From the IMG/VR virus record IMGVR_UViG_3300003886_000028, positions 1-57,143 of that record: a DNA stretch of 57,143 nt; one strand, written 5' to 3'. Under the pieces are notes generated by a model. It saw nothing but the letters and a program-made list of their open reading frames with translations, did no database searches and had not been told where the DNA came from. Numbering within the stretch: the stretch's first letter is position 1; the number at the start of each line of letters is the position of its first letter. This document shows positions 37,700 to 45,858 of the stretch, piece by piece. This stretch comes from a virus. Lineage: Duplodnaviria > Caudoviricetes. A program made the position numbers and the translations under genes.

Positions 37700-38156
37700 T
37701 AACGTCTTCCTCTATTAATTTGCGGGCCATCCCAGGTGTCACCATGGGTCCATAGATCGGACTAGCGAGCTTCAGAGCGATGTGTTTGGACGCGATGCGC
37801 CGCTCGCGGCGGTTACCGTTGGTCAATAACCAGATATATTCGGCGCGGTGCGCCACGACCTCCTCCTCCAATCTGAACTTTGCATCCGTGATGTATCGCT
37901 CCCACCAATCGAGAACATCTTGGCCCCGGCCCTGGCGATCGCTGTGCACGGACTCATGCAGCATGACCTCTGGTGAGATTAGTACGCCGTATGGATTGTA
38001 GAGTTCCGGCCCAAACGAGAAAATGACGTCCTGTCGATCACTAATCCTGAATGCGTCGGCGATATACGAATACAGCGGCGGAAACTCATGGATTATTTGC
38101 TGGCTCACGGACAGTTCCCGGCGTGGTACCGAATGAACATGCCCCATAGTGGCCAA
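37692..38156 (-). CDS. HExxH zinc-metallopeptidase-like protein
   Basis: LHESVH..Q..Y..FR.EEE.A motif; start may be later. Confidence 0.6.
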   Translation of the reverse strand: MATMGHVHSVPRRELSVSQQIIHEFPPLYSYIADAFRISDRQDVIFSFGPELYNPYGVLISPEVMLHESVHSDRQGRGQDVLDWWERYITDAKFRLEEEVVAHRAEYIWLLTNGNRRERRIASKHIALKLASPIYGPMVTPGMARKLIEEDVNA

Positions 38157-38226
38157 GCCGCTGCCAGCGTTAACGCGATCAGTGCAGTGTAAGCCACTAT
38201 TACAACTATTCCCTTGATTTTATCCC

Positions 38227-38631
38227 TCATGCGTCACGCACCACTCCATTCTCAATATAACCAATCCAGCCGCACTCCCCGACTAAAATGGCATCGTCAC
38301 AGAGCGCTTCAGCATTGATCGTCGAGGGTGCATGCTCCCTTCGCAGCGAGAGGTCTTCGAAGCCGGTGCCAGTCATAGCCCAGCGCCCATGGGCGGGTGT
38401 GGCTCCAAGCGGAACTCCACGCGACTCGCTCCAGACCAGCACCAGGTGAGTACCTATGCCGCCCCCGTTTGCCCTGAAACACTTCGGGCACAGAAACTGA
38501 ACACCCTGTGCTTCCTCCAGGGTCGCGACACACGTGTGGTAAATACGGGACTTTGCCGCCTCGTAACGCCTGAACGTGGGCTGCAACATCACCAGAGGCA
38601 CCACTGCGCTATCGGCGTGACAATGGTTCAT
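38227..38631 (-). CDS. DUF6527-like Cys/His protein
   Basis: FLCPKC, H, W...G..DLSL, CGW.GYI.NG; ATG 38631 chosen. Confidence 0.6.
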   Translation of the reverse strand: MNHCHADSAVVPLVMLQPTFRRYEAAKSRIYHTCVATLEEAQGVQFLCPKCFRANGGGIGTHLVLVWSESRGVPLGATPAHGRWAMTGTGFEDLSLRREHAPSTINAEALCDDAILVGECGWIGYIENGVVRDA

Positions 38632-38710
38632 AACACCGTGTCCGGATAGCGTATAGAAGCTATTGCCCATAATTTGGGATATTTGTTCCATATTTTTAGA
38701 TTCGACACCC

Positions 38711-39424
38711 TCACCCAACGGCTCGAATGCACGTGCCACAGGCTTGTGCGAGCCGCGCGGTGGATATTTCGGGGCGCTGCATCGCCGCATCAACAAATTC
38801 CTGCACGTTCTCGCCGGCGGCACGCAGGCCGAAGCGGCGCACCACACCAGCAAACTCCTCAACATCATGGCCCCGAATAGTCCAGACCGGCAAACCGTCA
38901 TTCTTTCTAAACCTGGGCTGGCCAAATTCATCAAGTGCCTGACCACAATGAAATAGTTCGTGGTCAACCAGCGCACAGAAACTGCCGTCGTCAACCGCAT
39001 CGGCATAGATCGCATCGAAGGTGAGCAGGAAGTCTGGCTCATCGCCAAACCACTCCTCAATCTGCTGGCGAGCGCGTCCCGCCGGCCATTTGCCAGACCG
39101 ACCGTAGGTATTCGCCGGGATCTCGGCCTGGCCAACAACGATGCGGGCCTGCCGCGTGTTCTCAACGTTGGTCCACAAACAGCCAATGGTGGCCTGGGTG
39201 AGGTGGCTATGCTCAGCGGTGTAAAGGCGACCAGACTCATCCAGGTAAGCGGTCCGTATCCAGTTCAGTAGGTCGGGGGAAGGCATAAAGGAACCCGCCG
39301 AAAGCACTCCCTCGCTCGACAGTTCAGGCGAGAGAAGAGCTTGCGGTGGTGCGGGGCGCGCCAGCAGATGGGATACATTAGCCATAACGGCTGCAATTCT
39401 GGGGTAGCGCGGCCCGAAGGTCAA
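38711..39424 (-). CDS. putative phage metallopeptidase
   Basis: ALVDHELFHC and HDVEEF..VV.RFG motifs; start uncertain. Confidence 0.8.
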   Translation of the reverse strand: MTFGPRYPRIAAVMANVSHLLARPAPPQALLSPELSSEGVLSAGSFMPSPDLLNWIRTAYLDESGRLYTAEHSHLTQATIGCLWTNVENTRQARIVVGQAEIPANTYGRSGKWPAGRARQQIEEWFGDEPDFLLTFDAIYADAVDDGSFCALVDHELFHCGQALDEFGQPRFRKNDGLPVWTIRGHDVEEFAGVVRRFGLRAAGENVQEFVDAAMQRPEISTARLAQACGTCIRAVG

Positions 39425-39483
39425 CGAATTTGAAACTTTTTGTTACGTATCAATTACCGATGATCGAAACATGTTGTTCTCCT

Positions 39484-39888
39484 TCAAACCTCGTTGATTT
39501 TCAGCCCCATACTGTGAATAAGGGCCCGTTTGATTCGGTAAATCTCAGGACGAAACCGACTCTGCATTTTGACGTCTTCAATGATTAACTCGCCAGTAGC
39601 TACTTCGGTATATCTAAAATCCGCGACATAAACCATCTGCCGCTTGCTCGGGTAGTACCGGACCTTAACCCCGCCGAGAATAATTTTAATACGCGGCTGC
39701 AGGTCGAGGTCAACAATCTCGCCGCACTGGAGGCGATCGCGCAGTACCAGGTAGCGTTTGGCCTCACGCTTCGAATCAAAGGTATGGCCGAACAGGCGCG
39801 ACTTTTTGACATTGGGATATCGGCACTTTTTCTTTTCAGTGGGATCCGGCTCAGTCTTTAGCGCTGCCAGTCGCCTGGGTTTCCTCAT
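39484..39888 (-). CDS. DUF1064-family PD-(D/E)xK endonuclease
   Basis: FDSKREA.RY, LQP, YVADFRY, IEDVK. Confidence 0.85.
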   Translation of the reverse strand: MRKPRRLAALKTEPDPTEKKKCRYPNVKKSRLFGHTFDSKREAKRYLVLRDRLQCGEIVDLDLQPRIKIILGGVKVRYYPSKRQMVYVADFRYTEVATGELIIEDVKMQSRFRPEIYRIKRALIHSMGLKINEV

Positions 39889-40522
39889 CTAGTTTTTTCT
39901 CCGCCCAGTTAATGTAATCAATCAATTGTTCGCGAGTGCGATCAGCCGCTGAGTCTGCCACATCAGGCTCTCCCAGTTCCATGGCCAACTTGCTGGCTTC
40001 CTTTACCAATTCTTTCTTGGTGCGCGGATCGGTAAATTCATTTAATTCAGGTATTGGTGACTCATTGCTAGAATTATCCAGAGCCAATTCCTTTTGATCC
40101 GTATCGGACTTCACGTATTCAGCCGATTGCATGTAGGCATCAATGTCCGGCGTCACAATGACCAATACCTGCGCTTGAGCCGCATCGGCAAGTGCGTGGC
40201 GGTGCGCCGCAGAGTCCGATATTTCCAGCGAACAGATAATTCCCTTCTTTTTGAAGTTTGTCCCAGCCACAGTGGCGCGTACCGCGGGAACACCCTCTGC
40301 GAATAATTCGGTGAAACCCGCGTCCAGTGCACCCCGGATACGGCGCTTGAGGCGGTCCAGTATCTCGCGTTGTTGAATCTCGCTTTGCGTGCCCCAGACC
40401 GACTGATTGGGATTTGACGGGCACTGAATCGTGGCCAGTTCGTCTTTCATCTGTGATAGTAGGTGTCCAACAATTGCATCAGCGGCAGTGCTCGGCCCCT
40501 TGGGTGGTTTTTGTGCGGTCAT
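39851..40522 (-). CDS. hypothetical protein
   Basis: 223 aa, coupled to neighbours. Confidence 0.65.
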   Translation of the reverse strand: MTAQKPPKGPSTAADAIVGHLLSQMKDELATIQCPSNPNQSVWGTQSEIQQREILDRLKRRIRGALDAGFTELFAEGVPAVRATVAGTNFKKKGIICSLEISDSAAHRHALADAAQAQVLVIVTPDIDAYMQSAEYVKSDTDQKELALDNSSNESPIPELNEFTDPRTKKELVKEASKLAMELGEPDVADSAADRTREQLIDYINWAEKKLDEETQATGSAKD

Positions 40523-40730
40523 TGGTTTGTCCCTCTCGGTAATAATCGTTAAGAACGGCCTGCAATATGGTTATCCGCAGGTCTGCGGTGACCCTATTGA
40601 GCTTGTTGTTCTCGACCCAGCGCGGATACAGTCGTTTGCGGGTTTTGAGTTCGCGCTCGAGTTCAGAAACCTTGTGCGCTAGCGTGACGTGCCGCGGGCG
40701 CAGGGTTGGAAACATATCACCGGCCATCAC
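40479..40730 (-). CDS. conserved small phage protein
   Basis: ERELK.R.R.YPRWV motif. Confidence 0.65.
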   Translation of the reverse strand: MMAGDMFPTLRPRHVTLAHKVSELERELKTRKRLYPRWVENNKLNRVTADLRITILQAVLNDYYREGQTNDRTKTTQGAEHCR

Positions 40731-41013
40731 GACCCTTCGCCTGCCGCAGTATTTTCACCACCAGGGAAAGCTCCAGGCGTTTCATGCTGGCGCCGTGCTG
40801 ACGCCCCGCCACAAACCCATATTTGAACGTGCCGGCCCGATTCGGGCATTGCACTTTCTGGTTCAGACACACCCGATTGTTTGCTGGACAAAACTCCAGT
40901 AAATAGCCGGTGCGCCAGCCCGCGCAGTAATCGCTTTCACCAAACGCGGCATGAACTATTAGCAGAGCCGCAAGAGCCAGCACCTTTACTAAATGTCTCA
41001 GGACTCCACGCAT
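40717..41013 (-). CDS. small secreted Cys-rich protein
   Basis: signal peptide; YCAGW..GY..CP..C..CP. Confidence 0.55.
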   Translation of the reverse strand: MRGVLRHLVKVLALAALLIVHAAFGESDYCAGWRTGYLLEFCPANNRVCLNQKVQCPNRAGTFKYGFVAGRQHGASMKRLELSLVVKILRQAKGRDGR

Positions 41014-41181
41014 TTCTTACACCTCACGTACTTGACGGGTTCCTGTGATTTGGGGCGACTAATCGTGTGCCCGCACTCCAGAAACAGTTCCACCGAACTC
41101 GAATTGTTTGCCGCGTATTGCGGCTGATAGTAGCGCCTGCCCGTAATTCTCCGGCGCGGCCGTGTGGGTGGGTTTACGATA

Positions 41182-41367
41182 TTAGTGGCTCGCTCTAACC
41201 GTGATGGGGCAAAGCTGGTAAGCCTTCACGGTAGTCGCAAAATCCGAGCCAAGATGGTCATAAATGCAAATCTTGTTCATGCCGGATATGTATTCGTCTT
41301 TGTAGAATGCCGTGCACGCAAAAGCCGGTGCCGACAGCAAAACCAATGCCAATGCTAGATTTTTCAT
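41182..41367 (-). CDS. small secreted protein
   Basis: MKNLALALVLLSAPAFA signal; KICIYD and CP motifs. Confidence 0.65.
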   Translation of the reverse strand: MKNLALALVLLSAPAFACTAFYKDEYISGMNKICIYDHLGSDFATTVKAYQLCPITVRASH

Positions 41368-41600
41368 AACGTTTTTCCTTTAGTAAACCAATGCATGTGA
41401 ACGCCTTTTAGCCAGGCCCAGCCGTAAAAAAAACTCATGAAGAGTATTCCCCACTGGCTCGCCTGATACGCGCTGTAGAGCCAAAACGGCTGTGCCGCGA
41501 TACCGAACAGGCACGCGTACCGCCGGCGACTCTCGTGTTTTGACTGTGTCAGAAAGATAGCCACGACGCCGGTAAAGGCGATTCCGACCTGGTCAATCAT
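41364..41600 (-). CDS. small multi-TM membrane protein
   Basis: QPFW...QWG motif, three hydrophobic segments. Confidence 0.65.
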   Translation of the reverse strand: MIDQVGIAFTGVVAIFLTQSKHESRRRYACLFGIAAQPFWLYSAYQASQWGILFMSFFYGWAWLKGVHMHWFTKGKTL

Positions 41601-42006
41601 TTACGTGTCTCCAAACGTAATCGCCTTCGATGATGGCTGTTTCGTTTTCCTTGCAAGAGCAGACAAATTCTGAGTATTTGTTGGCCACCGGTTTCCAGAA
41701 GTTTCGGGCCTTTCCACCAGGCACGTGGTTATCTTCGTCTGAACCCTCCATGTCGAAGAGTTTCAAAATTAGTGGTACTTCATCAGCGGGGATACGCTCT
41801 CCATTCTTCGATACGCTGATGTGGTATTCAGGTCCAAGACTTTCTCGGTGATCATCCTCAGCAACCTCCACAGCCGTGATCACCGCGTGCCCGTACTTGC
41901 TGATATACCGCTCACCCGGATAGCCAAGGTTAACGACGTGATCGTAGAGGCGCCAATCTTTGCGGTGGGTAGGCGGGCGCTTTGGCTTGATAATTACCTC
42001 GCTCAT
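41593..42006 (-). CDS. hypothetical protein
   Basis: GAGG RBS; EYHISVS motif. Confidence 0.65.
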   Translation of the reverse strand: MSEVIIKPKRPPTHRKDWRLYDHVVNLGYPGERYISKYGHAVITAVEVAEDDHRESLGPEYHISVSKNGERIPADEVPLILKLFDMEGSDEDNHVPGGKARNFWKPVANKYSEFVCSCKENETAIIEGDYVWRHVND

Positions 42007-42543
42007 TTACTCTACCTCTGCGCTCTGCAGCGCCTGAATTTTTTTGAAGCCCTGGGCGACCTGTTCCCGGACCGTATTGGGCGATCGCCCCAACTGCTCC
42101 GCAATCTCGCCGCAACTGTAGCCGTAGACTTTCCTCAACACGAAGGCATGGCGCATTTTCTCGGGGAGATGCGTAATGGCGGCACATAGGTTCTCGAACT
42201 GCTGTTCCGCCATGACCTGGCGCTCCACGGACGGCGTATCGTGATCTGCAGCAATTTCGTTGGTCTCGATCGAGACGTCGACCAGAACAATTTTATTCTT
42301 TCGGTACGCGTCGTAGACAAGATTGCGCATCGTGACAAACAGAAACCCCAACGGCTCGCGGATTTCATTACCCTTTCGAAGGTGGTCGTGCGCCTTGAGA
42401 AAGGTTTCCTGAACCAGGTCGTCCGCTTCGGCACCGATGCCCACCTGGTTTCTGGCAAACCGGGTCAAGCGATCGCAGTGATCCCTGTACAGCATTGCCG
42501 CTGCTTCGTTGCTATGCGGGAGATTGAGGGCGCACTCACTCAT
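42007..42543 (-). CDS. ECF-type RNA polymerase sigma-70 factor
   Basis: region 2 ADDLVQETFLK, region 4 LPEKMR.AFVLR..GYS..EIAEQLG.S.NTV. Confidence 0.9.
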   Translation of the reverse strand: MSECALNLPHSNEAAAMLYRDHCDRLTRFARNQVGIGAEADDLVQETFLKAHDHLRKGNEIREPLGFLFVTMRNLVYDAYRKNKIVLVDVSIETNEIAADHDTPSVERQVMAEQQFENLCAAITHLPEKMRHAFVLRKVYGYSCGEIAEQLGRSPNTVREQVAQGFKKIQALQSAEVE

Positions 42544-44402
42544 TTTCTAATCTCCATGCCCGCAATTCTCTCTCCAATCCACCGCATACACGGCACAGCC
42601 ATGCTGTTCCCAAGAGACTTGTAAACCGCTGAGTCGCTGCTTATGGGTCGATTGGAACTTTTCGACGCATCCTCTGAATGTGCATATCGCAAAGGCCATG
42701 TCCTTTGTGCTTGCGGCCACAATTTGGAACATCGCAAAAACGCTCTTGCCGGTGACGCTTCAAGTGGCAACTCCGACAAAGTGTTTCTAAGTTCTCCGGC
42801 AAGTTGTTCATAGGATTTTCGTCGATATGGTGAACGTCCAGCCTTTCGTGCTTCCCGCAGTCTTTGCAGGAATCCTGCAGACCATCTTTTCTTGCCCACA
42901 TGCGAGATGTTCTGACGCTTTGCGTACTGCTCTGCCTGCGCCCACTGAAGCCATCCGACATGCACTCCTGCGAGCAAAATTTCCGGCGTGAGAAGTGCAA
43001 CAAAGATTCGACGTTTTTCACGTAGCTTATCTTTCCCGTTTTCTTCGATACTCGTCGCTTTTGGATAAGTTTCTTTCTTTCCAGCCTCTCGCCACAATTC
43101 ATGCAGTATTTGAGCGGAGTGGGCTTCATCGGCATTGCCATAAGTTAATTCCAAATAGTCGTCAGGAAATTGCTGTAAACGAGAGCACTCTGTCGGGGTA
43201 AGTCGTCTGATAGCTAAATCCTGATGGATATAGGTTTGCTGCTTCGCCCCTGGTTCTGCCGACAGAGTTCCGGACTGGTCCATCAATCGAACCTCGTCAC
43301 GTTGGTTCTGTGCAAAGGCAACTACGTTTTCTTGCCCGTGGTTTTGGCCCAACGCAAACGCCTGATCCGATGTGCAGGGATCTTGCGTACCATGGACAAC
43401 GCACAGGTTCTCATCGTCCTCTTTTCGGCGACCCGGTGCATTAACGCCTGGCCGTGATGATCCTGCCGTCAGTGGCGCAGCGACGTCCGGCGATCCGCGT
43501 ATAACAATCGGAGTCTGGCATTCATCGGCAGTAGTATTGATGCCCTTGTGCATTCTGGCTGTCAGTGGATTGGCAACCTCTGGAACTAAAAGCGCCTCTC
43601 TGGATGCGTTGTCTCCGTATGGGTTTCCTGTTAGTGATGGGGCTATTGGAATTAAACAATCTTGTCCTCGCCCGTCACCGACTCTATCAAATCCCGGGCC
43701 ACTTGCTTTAAGGTACGGTGCAACATCGTAGGTATCTCTTTCCCTCGTTTCCCCGCTCGGCGGAGAATTCCTAAGCAGGCTTTCGGGGTCAAATAATACC
43801 GCTGCGGCACGACGCCAGTCTCCAAGATATCCGACAACGAACACGCGACGGCGCCGCTGGGGAACTCCGAAGTATTGAGCGTTAAGAGTTCGGTAGGCGA
43901 ACCCATACCCGAGTTTTTGAAGTCCGGCCAGGAAGCATCCGAACGCATGGCTTTCTTCTGCTTCGTAAGAGTCGAAGATAGTTTGCCCGTCTCTGGTTCC
44001 CACTCGTAGTTGGTCTGTCGATCGACGTGGATCGGGAGCGTCGTGAGAAGTTGACGACAAGACTCCGGGGACGTTCTCCCATACCAGCCAGTTGGGGCGG
44101 TAGCGGTTAGTGATTGCAAGATAGACGAGTGCGAGGTTTCCGTTAGGGTCAGCCAGTCCCTTCCTAAGTCCGGCGATACTGAATGAAGTACACGGTGTTC
44201 CTCCGACGAGAACATCGAAGTCTGTGTCGGGCCATTGTTTGAAGTCATTCATGTCCCCATAATTTGGTACATCCGGATAATGGTGTTGCAAGACCGCGTT
44301 GGGGAATTTCTCAATCTCAGAGAACCCAACCGCTTGCCAGCCAAGCGGTTGCCAGGCTACTGTTGCCGCTTCAATTCCTGAGCATACCGATAGATATTTC
44401 AT
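42540..44402 (-). CDS. C5 cytosine DNA methyltransferase with large insertions
   Basis: CSGIE (I), GTPC (IV), ENV (VI), QRRRR (VIII), RRLTP.EC.RLQ.FP (IX), LGNS (X). Confidence 0.9.
   Translation of the reverse strand: MKYLSVCSGIEAATVAWQPLGWQAVGFSEIEKFPNAVLQHHYPDVPNYGDMNDFKQWPDTDFDVLVGGTPCTSFSIAGLRKGLADPNGNLALVYLAITNRYRPNWLVWENVPGVLSSTSHDAPDPRRSTDQLRVGTRDGQTIFDSYEAEESHAFGCFLAGLQKLGYGFAYRTLNAQYFGVPQRRRRVFVVGYLGDWRRAAAVLFDPESLLRNSPPSGETRERDTYDVAPYLKASGPGFDRVGDGRGQDCLIPIAPSLTGNPYGDNASREALLVPEVANPLTARMHKGINTTADECQTPIVIRGSPDVAAPLTAGSSRPGVNAPGRRKEDDENLCVVHGTQDPCTSDQAFALGQNHGQENVVAFAQNQRDEVRLMDQSGTLSAEPGAKQQTYIHQDLAIRRLTPTECSRLQQFPDDYLELTYGNADEAHSAQILHELWREAGKKETYPKATSIEENGKDKLREKRRIFVALLTPEILLAGVHVGWLQWAQAEQYAKRQNISHVGKKRWSAGFLQRLREARKAGRSPYRRKSYEQLAGELRNTLSELPLEASPARAFLRCSKLWPQAQRTWPLRYAHSEDASKSSNRPISSDSAVYKSLGNSMAVPCMRWIGERIAGMEIRK
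42641..43141 (-). CDS. HNH endonuclease nested in another frame of the MTase
   Basis: CxxC, FCSQEC, VHHIDENPMNN..NL..LCRSCH; GGA upstream of ATG. Confidence 0.85.
   Translation of the reverse strand: MAMPMKPTPLKYCMNCGERLERKKLIQKRRVSKKTGKISYVKNVESLLHFSRRKFCSQECMSDGFSGRRQSSTQSVRTSRMWARKDGLQDSCKDCGKHERLDVHHIDENPMNNLPENLETLCRSCHLKRHRQERFCDVPNCGRKHKGHGLCDMHIQRMRRKVPIDP
43652..44248 (-). CDS. alternative-frame polypeptide resembling the M.EcoHK31I beta subunit
   Basis: SLSDILE..P.RYYL.PKAC.GILRRA..RGK motif; GGGGAC RBS-like sequence upstream. Confidence 0.7.
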   Translation of the reverse strand: MTSNNGPTQTSMFSSEEHRVLHSVSPDLGRDWLTLTETSHSSILQSLTATAPTGWYGRTSPESCRQLLTTLPIHVDRQTNYEWEPETGKLSSTLTKQKKAMRSDASWPDFKNSGMGSPTELLTLNTSEFPSGAVACSLSDILETGVVPQRYYLTPKACLGILRRAGKRGKEIPTMLHRTLKQVARDLIESVTGEDKIV

Positions 44403-44407
44403 TGCGG

Positions 44408-45169
44408 TTACTTTCTCAGACACCCCTTCCACGCCGCCGCGGTGCGTCGCTGGGCCTCATCGCACTGGTTGCGCCCATCGTTGGCCAGGGTCAGTTCGTG
44501 GGTCAATGTCTGGTTTTCGTTGGACAGGGCCTTTACCGCGCTGCGAAGACCGTCCAGTTCTGCCTGGTCTCGTAACAGGTTAACAAGGTGGGTTCGGCAG
44601 GCCTGCGTCTTGTTCTTGGCGCCCCTCATGTTGCCGCCGAAGCGGGTTTGCATGGATTTGGTGCCGCAGCGAGCCTCGATCGCCGCCAGCCGCATACCCA
44701 TTTCCGCCAGCCAGTTCGCATCAGCATCCGCTTCACAATCGCGAATCTTTCGAGACAACCAGCGGGGTACCGGCAATCCCAGCGAGCCGGAACCGTTCAG
44801 ATTGGTGTATCCGAAGCCAATAACCTCGCCACATTTTATGTTAGAGAACGCCGGCGGGGCGTAGCTGGTGTTGCTGGGGAAGTCGTAGGTCACGGTATCG
44901 CCATCGACCCTCACCGTTGTATCGCCCGCATCTACGACCACAGCGACATCGCTGGAGGCGTCCACGTCGGTCTGGTTTTCGGCAACCGAAGATGACTCTG
45001 CCGCGGCGCGGGCGTTAGAGGCGCTCTCACTGCTGCTAGTGGCGTCGCCGCCGCGGGCTATTTGGTCCTGGTGTTGTTCTTGCCGGGACTGCTCAGGTGG
45101 CTTTGGCTTTCCCGCATGGGCTGTAAAGCTCAGGCTCAGGGTTATTATTCCGATGATTGTTGCTTGCAT
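44408..45169 (-). CDS. secreted Cys-containing coiled-coil protein
   Basis: signal peptide ending AHA; C-terminal heptads. Confidence 0.65.
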   Translation of the reverse strand: MQATIIGIITLSLSFTAHAGKPKPPEQSRQEQHQDQIARGGDATSSSESASNARAAAESSSVAENQTDVDASSDVAVVVDAGDTTVRVDGDTVTYDFPSNTSYAPPAFSNIKCGEVIGFGYTNLNGSGSLGLPVPRWLSRKIRDCEADADANWLAEMGMRLAAIEARCGTKSMQTRFGGNMRGAKNKTQACRTHLVNLLRDQAELDGLRSAVKALSNENQTLTHELTLANDGRNQCDEAQRRTAAAWKGCLRK

Positions 45170-45543
45170 TGCTGTACTCCGTGGTCGTCACTTAGATGCC
45201 AGGTGTCGGGTGTCGGGTATGGACCGGTTTGCTTGTCTATGAGTTCAAGGGCTGGTACCAGGTGTTCTGCTACCTGGTTTCCCAGCGGGGTTAGGCGGTA
45301 CATGAACGGGCGGCGGCCTCTGCGTGGCTTAAACCCAGTTAGTCCGTTTCGATCGAGTTCTGTGATGGGGGCATTGGCATAGGGGTCTGATTTGTACCGT
45401 TCCACGAAACCATCGGTGACCAGGCGCACCAGCATTTTTGCCGCCCCATTCTTGGCATGCCCCATCGTAAAGGTGACTAGGTTGGGGGTTGCGGGCTGAA
45501 CGGTATGCAGCGCGACGAGGCAATTCATGTGGTATCGGTCCAC
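45145..45543 (-). CDS. winged-HTH-like protein
   Basis: L.RL..DGFVER...YRLT..G pattern. Confidence 0.55.
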   Translation of the reverse strand: MDRYHMNCLVALHTVQPATPNLVTFTMGHAKNGAAKMLVRLVTDGFVERYKSDPYANAPITELDRNGLTGFKPRRGRRPFMYRLTPLGNQVAEHLVPALELIDKQTGPYPTPDTWHLSDDHGVQQCKQQSSE

Positions 45544-45741
45544 TTATTCCTCTCCCCAGATTCTGACATCGGTTCCTTGTGTGTGGTGTTCTATAAGTGC
45601 GTGCAGGCACCGCAAGTGAAACTGCAAATAGGACTCGGACGCCGTTTCATGGTCAAACCAAAGCCCCTCATCTTCGGCCTGCTTATCCACCATCACCCTG
45701 ATTTCTTGTAAGGGGGTCAGTTTCGGGTCGGTAGTCATCAT
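45544..45741 (-). CDS. hypothetical protein
   Basis: QAEDEGLWF..E.YLQ..LR.LH motif. Confidence 0.6.
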   Translation of the reverse strand: MMTTDPKLTPLQEIRVMVDKQAEDEGLWFDHETASESYLQFHLRCLHALIEHHTQGTDVRIWGEE

Positions 45742-45858
45742 CAGTTTTCACCTTTGTTGCTGTCCATCCTTGTTTTCCAACGAACCAGTTCCGCGGCACT
45801 CTCGTCCTGTTTTGTTAAATAATTCCTGAGCAACTTGATTATTGTTGTTATTTCCATA

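Noticed and set aside
38632-39240. N-terminal 200 aa of the 337-aa ORF 38227..39240
   Set aside because: Overlaps the metallopeptidase gene in another frame and has low-information Arg/Ser composition; the real gene likely starts at 38631.
41000-41180. Minus-strand LECGH..RCKKC zinc-finger reading frame
   Set aside because: No convincing start codon nearby, so it cannot be supported as a CDS; possibly a remnant.
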